64,000 nt of DNA from a virus. Position 1 is the stretch's first letter, and every line of letters starts with the position of its first letter. The stretch lies in IMG/VR virus record IMGVR_UViG_3300048927_000209, one strand, 5' to 3'. The translations under genes and the position numbers were made by a program. Under the pieces are notes generated by a model. The model was given only the letters and a program-made list of their open reading frames with translations, was not told the origin of the DNA and ran no database searches. This document shows positions 43,414 to 54,955 of this stretch, piece by piece.

Positions 43414-43761
43414 TTAATGCTGAACAAACAACACGTCGGGGTTACCAACCGCTTGCATCACAGGTGCCATGATGTCAGTGTAGCGGCCTGTGTCATCAAC
43501 AATGATCCAGGTGACATTGGCGGCACCACGTCCGAGGTTGTTGGCCTCACGTTCACTGGTTGGGTAGCCAACAAACCACACCGCGGCAAAAGACGTTTCG
43601 TCAATGAAGTGCGGTAAATGATCTTTGAACTTCTGTTGATTTTCCAAAGACGCCGCAATGAACACTTGACGACCTTCGTCCTGTGCGCGGGTGATGCGTT
43701 CCGCATACAGCTTTAACATATCCGCATTGAAGCGGTAAGCGACTTGTTTGACTTCGATCAT
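43414..43761 (-). CDS. hypothetical protein, tandem paralog B (115 aa)
   Basis: Start moved to ATG 43761: MIEVKQVAYRFNADM..WIIVDDTGRYTDI..LFVQH. Confidence 0.55.
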   Translation of the reverse strand: MIEVKQVAYRFNADMLKLYAERITRAQDEGRQVFIAASLENQQKFKDHLPHFIDETSFAAVWFVGYPTSEREANNLGRGAANVTWIIVDDTGRYTDIMAPVMQAVGNPDVLFVQH

Positions 43762-43775
43762 GTAACCCCCAGAGA

Positions 43776-44675
43776 TTACTTGTTTAACCAATCGGTCAGA
43801 TAAATACGGGTAGTCGGCTTCGTGCTCGGGTCAGCCAGTGCCGCTTCCACCATTTCACGGGTGAAGTCAGACTCTTTGACAAAAGTACCCTGGACCATTA
43901 ATCCTTTCCGTTGCCAAATATCGTAATACGCTTCGTGCAGACATTCGGCCAGTGTCCAGCCATGTTCCAACGCGACTGTCTCGAGGGTGTACACGACATC
44001 CGCTGCAGACTCAGCAATGTCCGCCAGGATGAAACCGTGCATTTCACTTTCGCTGTCAGCTTCGCCGGCGTCGTAGTCGGCCTGCTGTTCGATGTAACGC
44101 GCCGTGTTAGTCAGACCATACAGCACTTGAAGACTGAAACGCTTCAGTCCTTTTGCACGATACAACGCCTTAGCGGAAACGCGTTCGTTTTCATTCAGCA
44201 CGGTAACGTAGTCTTCCAGATTGATGTCCAGACAACCCACGGAGTTCACCAGGCAGACAATGATGTCACCAATGTCGTCTTTGAGCATCGGGTACTGACG
44301 CTTACCGATGTGGGTCCAGAACTCACCCGCTTCAGTCAGACCTTTGATCAGCTGATCGAGATCAGTAGAACCACCGCCGATGATGTTACGGTCGGTTGCC
44401 CACTGACGGATCTTCGCCATGTACTCCGGCACGGTTTCCAGCGGATGGACGTTGTTCTCTTTAATCGCGCCATCTTTAATCACGACGTTGCCCAGGAAGC
44501 GAGACGGTCCATTTACCGGCGCTTCTTTGTAGGTGGCAGTCACATCGATGGTGACTGACAGACCGGACACTGGCGCGTCAACGATGAAACCATTGACAAT
44601 CTTTTTAACGATAGCGACCGGGTCGGTTGCATCATGAGGAATGTTGATAACTAAGGTACCGTTAGACTGTGACAT
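43776..44675 (-). CDS. MazG-like nucleoside triphosphate pyrophosphohydrolase domain protein
   Basis: IRQWATDRN..LIKGLTEAGEFW..LKDDIGDIIVCLV..ECLHEAYYDIWQRKG fits the MazG EExxE/DxxD helices; N-terminal ~85 aa unknown. Confidence 0.55.
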   Translation of the reverse strand: MSQSNGTLVINIPHDATDPVAIVKKIVNGFIVDAPVSGLSVTIDVTATYKEAPVNGPSRFLGNVVIKDGAIKENNVHPLETVPEYMAKIRQWATDRNIIGGGSTDLDQLIKGLTEAGEFWTHIGKRQYPMLKDDIGDIIVCLVNSVGCLDINLEDYVTVLNENERVSAKALYRAKGLKRFSLQVLYGLTNTARYIEQQADYDAGEADSESEMHGFILADIAESAADVVYTLETVALEHGWTLAECLHEAYYDIWQRKGLMVQGTFVKESDFTREMVEAALADPSTKPTTRIYLTDWLNK

Positions 44676-44706
44676 GCGTGTTCTCTTTATTGAGGTGGTT
44701 AAAAGG

Positions 44707-45399
44707 TTAGTCTTTTGGGGACAGGTCAGCTTCGATCGTGATGCCGGTCTTAGCCACCGCTTCCATCACGACCAGGTATTCTTCTTCGCCCAGACCGCCA
44801 GTGTGATCCATGCGCTGGAACAGCGATGCCATGTTCTCACCAACTTTAACTGGCAGGGGTGCGAGCTTACCGATGAGCGTAGTGCCGATCAGTGTGCGCT
44901 GCAGTTCGGTGCCACCTGAGAAGTTCAGGGTCAGTGGGCCGGCCTCTTTTGCTTCTGCGTGAGTTGCGGCCACGGTGTTCAGAATGCCGCGAATCATGGC
45001 ATCAACCGCCTGGATACTCCCAAACACCACCAGGTGATCAGAGCGCAGACCCGCACCGACATGTGCCATCCAGTTCTGGAGAGTCCAGTCTTTGCGTTCG
45101 CCCTTGCCAAAGTCCAGACGGGTCACAGCGTCCATTACGGCCAGTTCCCATTTAGACTTGTTCGCTTCGTCACGTTTAACTTCCATTTCCCAGACGTGCG
45201 TCAACCACAGGTTCAACTTCCATTCGCCTTCTTCGGCATTGAAGCTGTAGACCACTTCATCGGCAACCAGCGCGATGTCGTTGTCATCCGCATTAGCCGG
45301 CAGTTCTTTCTTACTGTCGACCTTGGCAGTGAACGTTACTTCGTCGTTACCGTACTCAAACAGATTCGGGTAGTCGGTAGGTGGTTGTACGTTGATCAT
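44707..45399 (-). CDS. hypothetical protein (230 aa)
   Basis: SD AAGGA. Confidence 0.55.
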   Translation of the reverse strand: MINVQPPTDYPNLFEYGNDEVTFTAKVDSKKELPANADDNDIALVADEVVYSFNAEEGEWKLNLWLTHVWEMEVKRDEANKSKWELAVMDAVTRLDFGKGERKDWTLQNWMAHVGAGLRSDHLVVFGSIQAVDAMIRGILNTVAATHAEAKEAGPLTLNFSGGTELQRTLIGTTLIGKLAPLPVKVGENMASLFQRMDHTGGLGEEEYLVVMEAVAKTGITIEADLSPKD

Positions 45400-45411
45400 A
45401 CGGGTTTATCC

Positions 45412-45759
45412 TTAACAGGTGTGGTAGACGATTTCGGGTTGATCGGGGAACGACAGATGGTTGTCAATCCGCATCCGTCGATCAGTAATGAACGTAGGGT
45501 TTAACGCGTCCAGCTCAGGCTGAAGCTCACTATTACGTCCCAGGCACAGATATTTAGGCAAACGATGACCACTGATTCTCAGGATCACGTACACCTTGTT
45601 GTTGAGTATGGCATAGTCACCATCCTCTTTGATCTGGTATGCTTCCAGAATCGACATGTTGTCAATTTGTGGACGGCATTTACGGATCAGCTGACAAAGC
45701 TGATTAAACATGGGTTGATCAATGTTGATCTGTTTTGTGTTGACAATCATGAATGGCAT
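45412..45759 (-). CDS. hypothetical protein (115 aa)
   Basis: Leader TCTTAACTTGTTGGGG. Confidence 0.55.
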   Translation of the reverse strand: MPFMIVNTKQINIDQPMFNQLCQLIRKCRPQIDNMSILEAYQIKEDGDYAILNNKVYVILRISGHRLPKYLCLGRNSELQPELDALNPTFITDRRMRIDNHLSFPDQPEIVYHTC

Positions 45760-45771
45760 AGTAACGCCCCA

Positions 45772-45781
45772 ACAAGTTAAG
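45772..45781 (-). promoter_or_regulatory. conserved leader element CTTAACTTGT (pre-SD)
   Basis: Minus strand TTCTTAACTTGTTGGGGCGTTACT-ATG. Confidence 0.4.
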
Positions 45782-45783
45782 AA

Positions 45784-46287
45784 TTACACACCGACTTTGT
45801 GCGGCACGAACAGCGAACGCATCCACTTCCAGAAACCGAGCGTTGACGAGGCATGCGGTTTATCAAACGACTCATCATTGATGTAAATTTTAGCACATGC
45901 AATGCCGTCGAATTCGTAAGCTGCAAACAAGTCAGGGTGTTTGCTCACAAACGTCAGGCACACCACGTTCAACATTTTCTTGATGTTATCGCCGTACAGG
46001 ATGTCATCGTAAACAGGTACACCATCCAGTTTCAGTTTATCAATACGAATATCAAACCAACCCATGTTCGTATCGATGCTGAAGGTAATGTTGTGATTAG
46101 CCCCGCAGCCATTGCCTTTTATTACTGCAGCTTCTAACTCAGCAATGGGTGCATCTAACATAGCCGCTAACGCCTCGGCCATGCTTTCACCCAGCTGCTT
46201 ACCGACACGGTGATAAAGGGGTTCTGGTTGTGGTGTGGCGTCTCGCAGTGGTGTGGTGCGAGCTTTAAGATCGGCAAACTTACCCAT
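45784..46287 (-). CDS. hypothetical protein (167 aa)
   Basis: SD AGAGG after terminator 46311-46350. Confidence 0.55.
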   Translation of the reverse strand: MGKFADLKARTTPLRDATPQPEPLYHRVGKQLGESMAEALAAMLDAPIAELEAAVIKGNGCGANHNITFSIDTNMGWFDIRIDKLKLDGVPVYDDILYGDNIKKMLNVVCLTFVSKHPDLFAAYEFDGIACAKIYINDESFDKPHASSTLGFWKWMRSLFVPHKVGV

Positions 46288-46310
46288 AAAAACCTCTGGT
46301 TTGTGTTAAA

Positions 46311-46350
46311 AAATAAGGCCAGGGAATTACCCCTGGCGCTTATGCCGATT
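46311..46350 (-). terminator. rho-independent terminator; GGCATAAG motif on the upstream side
   Basis: Minus strand CGGCATAAGC-GCCAGGG-GTAATT-CCCTGGC + CTTATTTTTT. Confidence 0.7.
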
Positions 46351-47752
46351 ACTCAGCGTCTTCGTCTTCGTCAGCACGATCGTCAGCGTGAACTTCCGCA
46401 TTCACGTGATCAACCACCACTTCGCTTACAACGACTTTACCGTTAACGATCTTGATGTTCTTACGCGGTTTACGCAGCGTCGCCGCCAAAGAGACTGGCT
46501 CAGTTGGCGGCTCTTTGAATGCCGGCATGCCGGCAGTTTCACGCGCAACCACCGCTTCCTCTGGTGTTAACAGACGGAAGTCAATAACCGCAAAACAACG
46601 ACCTTCACGCATCAACGCCGGTTCGATCTGTTTGCGATCGACGACGTTGGTGAGGAAGACGACTTTACGTGACGTGTTGCTTGAGATACCGTCGGTTTCA
46701 TTCAGCAGGTTACCCATCAGGGTGTTACCCATGGTGCGTGGTGCGATCAGAATATCCGCATCCTCACAGATGACCATTGGAACACGCGGCTCTTCTTTCT
46801 TTCCTTCTACTGTTACACGGAAGGCTGCAAGCTTTCTGTCGAACAGTTCGGCATCCAGCAGCGGGCTGCCTTCAAACAGATCCGCACGTGAACGCGCTTC
46901 AGCACCAGCGATTTGTGCCATGTATTTGTCACTCGTCTTAAAGACAAAGTCAACAAAGTCACGGTCCGCAATCACGTCGGTTTTCTTGGCGTAGATTGGC
47001 AGAATGTGCAACAAATCAATAGCCGCAGATACAGCAGAGGTTTTACCTGTACCCGGAGGACCTGACAGAATCAGTACGGATTCATCCGATGCCATGAATT
47101 GCGCAAACAACTCATGCACTGATCCACCCAGGTAAGGATAGTACGTAGGTTCGGCGACACGCGGTGTATCGATAGTGCCACTGATCATCCCCAAGGTATC
47201 ACCGCTGCCACCCATGATTGACATACCACGGGCAGGGTTTTTCACCACCTCATAATACGGTGTGCGACTTTCGGTGACTGGATCGATGTTGACGTTCTCC
47301 TTCATCAAGTCCAGCAGCTCGAGCGCCAGAGTCTCAACGCCCGCAAAATTGATTGTCAGATTACGGTGACTATCCGGTGCTACAGACAGATGACCAATGA
47401 CGCGATTACCCTCATCCAATGCGATGAAGTTGGCATCACCTTTACGGATAAACTCATGCTTCGCCAGGAACGGCTTGAGGAAATCGTCAGACGGGAAATA
47501 CTGCGTGTGATGCAGGAAATTATCAGTATCGAAGCGCACCCACGGCAGACCCAGTGCTTCGCAGCACGCTTTGCAAAGCGCCATGTCCAGGTCCTTATGA
47601 TCCTGATCACCGTAGCCAGCAGAGTTCACCCAGCTGAACAGCAACTCACCTACTGAACTGAATACCGAATCCAGCGGTTTAACGACAGAAGTAACAGAAA
47701 CGTCGGTGTTCAGATCAGAGACAGAACGCAGGGCTTTAACAGTGTTGTTCAT
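46349..47752 (-). CDS. classical AAA-family ATPase with ~200-aa N-terminal domain
   Basis: Walker A VLILSGPPGTGKTSAV; Walker B PMVICEDADILI; second region of homology VVFLTNVVDRKQIEPALMREGRCFAVIDF. Confidence 0.8.
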   Translation of the reverse strand: MNNTVKALRSVSDLNTDVSVTSVVKPLDSVFSSVGELLFSWVNSAGYGDQDHKDLDMALCKACCEALGLPWVRFDTDNFLHHTQYFPSDDFLKPFLAKHEFIRKGDANFIALDEGNRVIGHLSVAPDSHRNLTINFAGVETLALELLDLMKENVNIDPVTESRTPYYEVVKNPARGMSIMGGSGDTLGMISGTIDTPRVAEPTYYPYLGGSVHELFAQFMASDESVLILSGPPGTGKTSAVSAAIDLLHILPIYAKKTDVIADRDFVDFVFKTSDKYMAQIAGAEARSRADLFEGSPLLDAELFDRKLAAFRVTVEGKKEEPRVPMVICEDADILIAPRTMGNTLMGNLLNETDGISSNTSRKVVFLTNVVDRKQIEPALMREGRCFAVIDFRLLTPEEAVVARETAGMPAFKEPPTEPVSLAATLRKPRKNIKIVNGKVVVSEVVVDHVNAEVHADDRADEDEDAE

Positions 47753-47765
47753 ACAGGTTTCCTTT

Positions 47766-47799
47766 TATTAAATAAAGTGCCGTGAAGAAGATCACGGCA
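47766..47799 (-). terminator. hairpin with CUUUAUUU tail
   Basis: Minus strand TGCCGTGA-TCTTCT-TCACGGCA + CTTTATTTAAT. Confidence 0.55.
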
Positions 47800-47809
47800 T
47801 TGAGATTCA

Positions 47810-49873
<2,064 letters not shown>

Positions 49874-49880
49874 CAGAGTG

Positions 49881-50222
49881 TTAACCTGCGGTTTTAATAG
49901 CGGGGATGATCTTCATGCCAGCCGAGTGTTCGTAGGATCTGTAGCCTGTTACGATACCCGTCATACTCTCAGCGTGGTCGTCCATGTTTTTGAGCGTGTC
50001 AGTGTCCAGGTGTTCGATAACAATGTCACATGCATCCAACTCCATGGCATCCGCCGGACCCATGACCCGTTCAGGCAGTGCATCCACATCGTGCTGTGCG
50101 TGTTCACCGAGGCGGTTGTCGAGCAGGAAGTGTTGAGACAAGGCGTGACTGATGATGTCAGTGAGCTTCGCCTTTGCCACACTCTTTGGACCTGCAACGA
50201 AGATCACAATCTTCTCTTTCAT
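49881..50222 (-). CDS. hypothetical protein with degenerate P-loop-like N-terminus (113 aa)
   Basis: KIVIFVAGPKSVAKAKLTDIISHAL parallels the P-loop segment of the upstream ORF; TAATG coupling. Confidence 0.5.
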   Translation of the reverse strand: MKEKIVIFVAGPKSVAKAKLTDIISHALSQHFLLDNRLGEHAQHDVDALPERVMGPADAMELDACDIVIEHLDTDTLKNMDDHAESMTGIVTGYRSYEHSAGMKIIPAIKTAG

Positions 50223-50707
50223 TATTTACTCCCAGGCACTATACGCTTGTACAGGTGCTGCTCGTCCAACAGGATCTTGGTTTGTTTACGCACCGTCGCC
50301 GAGGCCTTGTCAATATCCTTGATCGCGTTCGCCATCTCTTTTTCAGCCCGTGGGGTAAAGTTAAGCTCAAAGCCTTTATCCCGTAGCGCTTCGGCGATAA
50401 TGTGCTGGATCAGCGTCTTACCGCTGTTGCTCATCCCGGCAATGGTGATGGTGACACTGTCTTTGTGTGCGTTCTTCTCCTCACCTTTGACAAGCTTACC
50501 TTCACTCACCAGCAACACCGTGCCCGCTGGATCCCAGGACATTCCCTCGACATGGTCGATATGGGCACTACGGCTTTCGTTACCTGGGAAGCCATTAGAG
50601 GCCACGATGTATTCACCACGACCGTAAATGGAGTTAGCCCAGATAGGGATAAGTTCTTTCTTTGCTTTGAGGTGGTTGATCAAATTCTGGCGGGTAGATT
50701 CTGACAT
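50222..50707 (-). CDS. P-loop (Walker A) protein (161 aa)
   Basis: Start moved to ATG 50707 (SD CAGGAG); VTITIAGMSNSGKTLIQHII = GxxxxGKT. Confidence 0.55.
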   Translation of the reverse strand: MSESTRQNLINHLKAKKELIPIWANSIYGRGEYIVASNGFPGNESRSAHIDHVEGMSWDPAGTVLLVSEGKLVKGEEKNAHKDSVTITIAGMSNSGKTLIQHIIAEALRDKGFELNFTPRAEKEMANAIKDIDKASATVRKQTKILLDEQHLYKRIVPGSK

Positions 50708-50742
50708 GTAAACTCCTGAGTACAAACAAGTAAGGGTTAAGG

Positions 50743-51096
50743 TTAGTGGGCGGTCTGAGTGTATAAGGTATCGCCCAGGATGGTCATGCTGAGGCTTTTC
50801 TTATCCGGTCCGGTGATCGTCACGGAATGTTCGTCGATATGACCAACACGCGTCATGGCATAGTCCTTGGTAAACCATTTGGTGCGCGCACTCACCAGGA
50901 TGTTCTCCATGTGACCTTGCAGATCGTAGTCAAGTTCTGCGTCGCACATCCACACTTTTTCAATGCAACGTTTGCGTTTCGACACGTAAACGATAATCAG
51001 CTTACCGGTCTGCATCTCTTTCAACGGGGCGTCGAGAAGATGGAAGTTATACGTCTTACCGGCAACACTAACGGGAATGACATCTTCAAGGTGCAT
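50743..51096 (-). CDS. hypothetical protein (117 aa)
   Basis: Leader TTTACTTGTAGGAAG. Confidence 0.55.
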   Translation of the reverse strand: MHLEDVIPVSVAGKTYNFHLLDAPLKEMQTGKLIIVYVSKRKRCIEKVWMCDAELDYDLQGHMENILVSARTKWFTKDYAMTRVGHIDEHSVTITGPDKKSLSMTILGDTLYTQTAH

Positions 51097-51117
51097 AATA
51101 CTTCCTACAAGTAAAGG

Positions 51118-51462
51118 TTAATTAAAGCTCGGCAATGCACAAGACTCATAACCCTTGGCCTGGGTGATGGTTTTGTTAACCGAGTCGTAGATATACTGAC
51201 ATTTAGTGTGGGGTTCGGTGAGATTAAAGATAGGGGTGTTATCCACACTGGTTTTATCAAAAGCTTCCAGGTTGTCCACAGTTGGTGAATCCACCCAGGT
51301 AAAGATAACAGACATGATGATGACATACACCACCAAGCCTGAAATGAACCAGGTCAAAAGACGGTTACTCTTTTTACGTTTAGTACGGCCGCCAATTGCA
51401 TCCACGGTATGGGTGCTACCGATGTCACCACTGTCGAAATCGCCATTTACACGTAAAGTCAT
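51118..51462 (-). CDS. single-pass membrane protein (114 aa)
   Basis: TM LLTWFISGLVVYVIIMSVIF after basic stretch. Confidence 0.55.
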   Translation of the reverse strand: MTLRVNGDFDSGDIGSTHTVDAIGGRTKRKKSNRLLTWFISGLVVYVIIMSVIFTWVDSPTVDNLEAFDKTSVDNTPIFNLTEPHTKCQYIYDSVNKTITQAKGYESCALPSFN

Positions 51463-51510
51463 TACAAATACCTGCTGTTGTAGTTAAAGTCAAACGATGT
51501 ACGGAGGATG

Positions 51511-52032
51511 TCAGATTTTACTTAATGTCAGTGACTTCTCTGCACGGGTTACCAGCAACTGGTTGTTCTTGTTCAGCATCGCCAAACAATCGATACAGTG
51601 CGCCATGTTGTTCCACGGAATCAAATACACTTCGTGGGTATCAATCCCGGTTTGCAACGTGATCTCCCACGCCTGGGTTTCATCTTCCGGTTCCAGGACA
51701 TTCTTCACGTAAAACACCCACCCTGGATGCTGCCCGGTAGATCGCTCCACGGCTTTGGCGTAGTCCGTGCCAATACGAAAGTGTTCCGTGATCTGCTGCA
51801 TGAAATAATGGTAATTATTATCATACTCCGTTTCAAAGTGATCTTCCAAACGGTTGGTCATGGCGATGAGGGTGTTGCGAAACGAATCATTCACATGATC
51901 CAACACCAAATCATCATTGGCATACAGCACCACCGGTTTGTGGTCGTTACGAAACCGCGACACAGTAATCCACAACAGCACCACAATCACAACGCCGTAG
52001 AAGGATATCTTTCCCCACTCTGCTAAACTCAT
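51511..52032 (-). CDS. signal-anchored membrane protein (173 aa)
   Basis: Track start is GTG; ATG 52032 with SD GAGGTGG; TM ISFYGVVIVVLLWITV. Confidence 0.55.
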   Translation of the reverse strand: MSLAEWGKISFYGVVIVVLLWITVSRFRNDHKPVVLYANDDLVLDHVNDSFRNTLIAMTNRLEDHFETEYDNNYHYFMQQITEHFRIGTDYAKAVERSTGQHPGWVFYVKNVLEPEDETQAWEITLQTGIDTHEVYLIPWNNMAHCIDCLAMLNKNNQLLVTRAEKSLTLSKI

Positions 52033-52122
52033 CTCACCCACCTCTTTTCAATATAAAAAGAAACTACCCCTACCAGGGCTTGCGCCCCAGCAGAAGCAGT
52101 CCCGACGATACGTTAAAAACCC

Positions 52123-52665
52123 TTAAGCAATAACAACCCCTTCGCCGCCACGCATGAACCCGTTAACTAACTGCTCGAGTTGCTGCGAGTGGTAGACCAT
52201 CTTACCTTCCATCCGGTCAAGGTCACTATTCTCAATGACCAGAGGCAGGGTGTTGATAATCTCATTGGTGTTGATGGTAAGTTGAAAGCCATACGCCACC
52301 TGATCACCCATGTCATCAACAAAGGTTGTGGTGTGACTAACAGATAAGTGAATACGCATTGCAGGACAGCGTGACGCAGTCAACATGTAAGACAAGGTGG
52401 CTTGCCACACCTGCAGATACGTTGCAACACCATCGGTGGCTCTACGTAATCGACTGATATCCTCAGTACCACTTCCTGCAGCGATACTTTGTGTGGGTAC
52501 GACTGTCAGGTTAACACTGTTCAGTGCAGTGGTGAGCATGCTGAACAAGTAGGTTAGATTAAGACCTTCTAACCGTTTAATGTTGTTCTTGGCATACCCA
52601 ATGTGGATCAATAACGTAAAGATCAAACACACTGTTAAAAGTGTGGTGATGATGAAGTTACTCAT
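52123..52665 (-). CDS. signal-anchored membrane protein (180 aa)
   Basis: MSNFIITTLLTVCLIFTLLIHIGY anchor; alt start ATG 52698. Confidence 0.5.
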   Translation of the reverse strand: MSNFIITTLLTVCLIFTLLIHIGYAKNNIKRLEGLNLTYLFSMLTTALNSVNLTVVPTQSIAAGSGTEDISRLRRATDGVATYLQVWQATLSYMLTASRCPAMRIHLSVSHTTTFVDDMGDQVAYGFQLTINTNEIINTLPLVIENSDLDRMEGKMVYHSQQLEQLVNGFMRGGEGVVIA

Positions 52666-52777
52666 GATAAGGATTCTCTTATAAAAGAGTATCGTCATAT
52701 AACTCGTCTCGTTAGCGTAAGCTCGCTAAAAACCAATAATGGCTTCTATACGAAGAGACAAGATTGTACGAAAATAC

Positions 52778-53248
52778 TTAAGGATTGAGCATCACGATTT
52801 CGACCGTACACTCTAACTGGAGAAACTTCTCGATCAGGTACTGGGGTTTGATAGCCGTACCATGACGCCGATGTAACTCCCCGACTAAGTCATCTAACTG
52901 CAAATCTGCTTGCCACACATCAGCACGGCCGTACCAGACATAGTGTTCCAGGTCGATACGGTCCGTGCCTTTGGCCAATACACCTACGATGTCATCAGGC
53001 ATCCGGCAGCTCAACGACCAATCGGTCATCACTACCTTCTGAATGACTTCACCCCGCGTTTCCAGTCGGTTCAACAACGTCACCAGGTGTTCCTGCACAT
53101 AAGGGGCGTTCTTGACATTAACGGGCACACGTTCCAACTTTAAGTTAAAGCGTTCTACCTTGGCGTTCTCACTATCCGAGTCATACCCTAACAGACTTGG
53201 ATTCTTGAACTTAAAGATAGATTGTACGGATGGGCTCATAGTAGACAT
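52778..53248 (-). CDS. hypothetical protein (156 aa)
   Basis: Leader GCTTAACTTGTGAGGTAC. Confidence 0.55.
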   Translation of the reverse strand: MSTMSPSVQSIFKFKNPSLLGYDSDSENAKVERFNLKLERVPVNVKNAPYVQEHLVTLLNRLETRGEVIQKVVMTDWSLSCRMPDDIVGVLAKGTDRIDLEHYVWYGRADVWQADLQLDDLVGELHRRHGTAIKPQYLIEKFLQLECTVEIVMLNP

Positions 53249-53259
53249 AAAAGTACCTC

Positions 53260-53269
53260 ACAAGTTAAG
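53260..53269 (-). promoter_or_regulatory. conserved leader element CTTAACTTGT (pre-SD)
   Basis: Minus strand GCTTAACTTGTGAGGTACTTTT-ATG. Confidence 0.4.
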
Positions 53270-53311
53270 CAAAGAAGCCAGGACTCCCTGGCTATTTAAG
53301 GTAGTAGTGGG

Positions 53312-54058
53312 TTACGACACCCACTCGTCGAACCGCTCAAGCGCCACTGTAACCAAATGACTATTGGGGTACGACACAGCAGATTTCATTTCTTCAATTT
53401 CTGCCTCATACATCAGCAAGGTGTACTTGGGCATGCTGTCCCAGGCATAACCGCTGACCCCGAACTTCTCCCGCATATGGGTGATGGAGTCGGCAATGAT
53501 GGTGCGTTTGGTTTCTTCCGTTACCACTGTACCCTGTTCGAGCTGAGCGTAACGGAAACGCACCGCACGGCGCATATACCCGTACAGGTCAGGCTTACCC
53601 CTGTCTGCTGCAGCGACCGCCTCAGAAGCGCTGTGAGAGCGTTTATGCTTCCAGGAGGCACGATGCTCTAATACGCACTCTTCGATCATGGTCACTTCGT
53701 CATATGTGAATGCATTGCGACTGACCGGGCTGGAGCACAGGAACTCACGATAGACCGCCAAAGCACCCAGGATGTGATGCTTATCCCGATTAACGTGACA
53801 CTTGGTATCATGCAGTAATGCGGCTACCAGAATGACGCCTCGCCATTGCTGGAGTTCCGGAAAACGTTTGATAATCTCATCGGCATGGATCACTACCGCA
53901 ATAGCATGATCTTCCAGATGCGCTGCATCGTTTAGTGCGTACTGCGACAGAGCTTTGCTGATAACACTCTCTGGCAAATAAGTCTCTAATAGACGACGGA
54001 AGGTATGCTTGCGATAAACCAGGATCGCTTCAGCGCCCAAGGATTTTGTTTCACTCAT
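53312..54058 (-). CDS. HD-domain phosphohydrolase
   Basis: HLEDHAIAVVIHADEI..(~30 aa)..LVAALLHDTKCH = H...HD signature of the HD superfamily; ATGA overlap with RHH gene. Confidence 0.65.
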   Translation of the reverse strand: MSETKSLGAEAILVYRKHTFRRLLETYLPESVISKALSQYALNDAAHLEDHAIAVVIHADEIIKRFPELQQWRGVILVAALLHDTKCHVNRDKHHILGALAVYREFLCSSPVSRNAFTYDEVTMIEECVLEHRASWKHKRSHSASEAVAAADRGKPDLYGYMRRAVRFRYAQLEQGTVVTEETKRTIIADSITHMREKFGVSGYAWDSMPKYTLLMYEAEIEEMKSAVSYPNSHLVTVALERFDEWVS

Positions 54059-54327
54059 GATGGTTCCTTATCAAGCGGGAAGGTTGCATCAAACTCTGCA
54101 ATGCGCTTACCGAGGGTTTCTTGTTGCTCAACGAGTTGCTGACGCACTACGTCACGATAATGATGCAGCGCCAAGTGGATAAGACGAGAACGGTTAGCCT
54201 CACCGGAGAGACGCAGCAGTTCTTCAAACTCATGTGCTGTCATGAGTGTCTTGTCTTTACGAGGGAGTGTGGGAAACTTAACCGACACCCCAACGTGTTG
54301 ATTGACTTCTTTGTCCATGGGCGCCAC
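54055..54327 (-). CDS. ribbon-helix-helix (CopG/Arc-like) DNA-binding protein
   Basis: beta strand VGVSVKFP, helix AHEFEELLRLSGE, helix NRSRLIHLALHHYR. Confidence 0.5.
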   Translation of the reverse strand: MAPMDKEVNQHVGVSVKFPTLPRKDKTLMTAHEFEELLRLSGEANRSRLIHLALHHYRDVVRQQLVEQQETLGKRIAEFDATFPLDKEPS

Positions 54328-54329
54328 CG

Positions 54330-54932
54330 TTATGCTTTATCGATAAATACGTAAGTCACGGTGTCGGTCACGTCAAGTGGCGTTAGCAACGTGAGATTAT
54401 TTTCGTAAGAGAAGATACGAAGAATATCTAATACGGTCAGCGACAACATTCTTGACGCATCATGGGTTACGATATCTTCACGGTTAAACATAGAGGCATT
54501 GGCCGGAGCAGGCTGTAAGTCAAGAAGATACCGCATGTCAAATTTGTTGTCGCATTGAAGTTGCTGCCGTTCATCCTGCGGCACGGTGTTGCCAGATTGA
54601 CAAACCGTCAGCATCAACAAACCTGGCTGCTGAACAAACGTACGAATACTGATGGTGCCGTTTTTCAGATCCACTTCCTGATGCACACCATGTTCCAAAA
54701 AGTCTTCAACAGCATTGGGTTTAATGTCACCGTGCTTGGAGATCTCGGCATACGACATACCCATGACATTAGCTGTGTCGACCAGGATCTGTGCCACGAC
54801 TTCTCTTATCTTGTCACACTGGCGCGCAACGGCATACTCTGGATCAATGGCTTTACGTATAAAAGTTTTAATAACACCAGGTCTCTTTGGTGCTTCATCG
54901 CGACAAGATTGAGATAAAGGATTCTTTGACAT
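54330..54932 (-). CDS. HTH (XRE-like) domain protein with C-terminal domain
   Basis: ILVDTANVMGMSYAEISKHGDIKPNAVEDFLEHG looks like helix-turn-helix; leader CTTAACCCGTAGGAAC; promoter-like motif upstream. Confidence 0.45.
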   Translation of the reverse strand: MSKNPLSQSCRDEAPKRPGVIKTFIRKAIDPEYAVARQCDKIREVVAQILVDTANVMGMSYAEISKHGDIKPNAVEDFLEHGVHQEVDLKNGTISIRTFVQQPGLLMLTVCQSGNTVPQDERQQLQCDNKFDMRYLLDLQPAPANASMFNREDIVTHDASRMLSLTVLDILRIFSYENNLTLLTPLDVTDTVTYVFIDKA

Positions 54933-54944
54933 GACAGCGTTCCT

Positions 54945-54955
54945 ACGGGTTAAGG
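54945..54955 (-). promoter_or_regulatory. conserved leader element CCTTAACCCGT (pre-SD)
   Basis: Minus strand ACCTTAACCCGTAGGAACGCTGTC-ATG. Confidence 0.4.
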
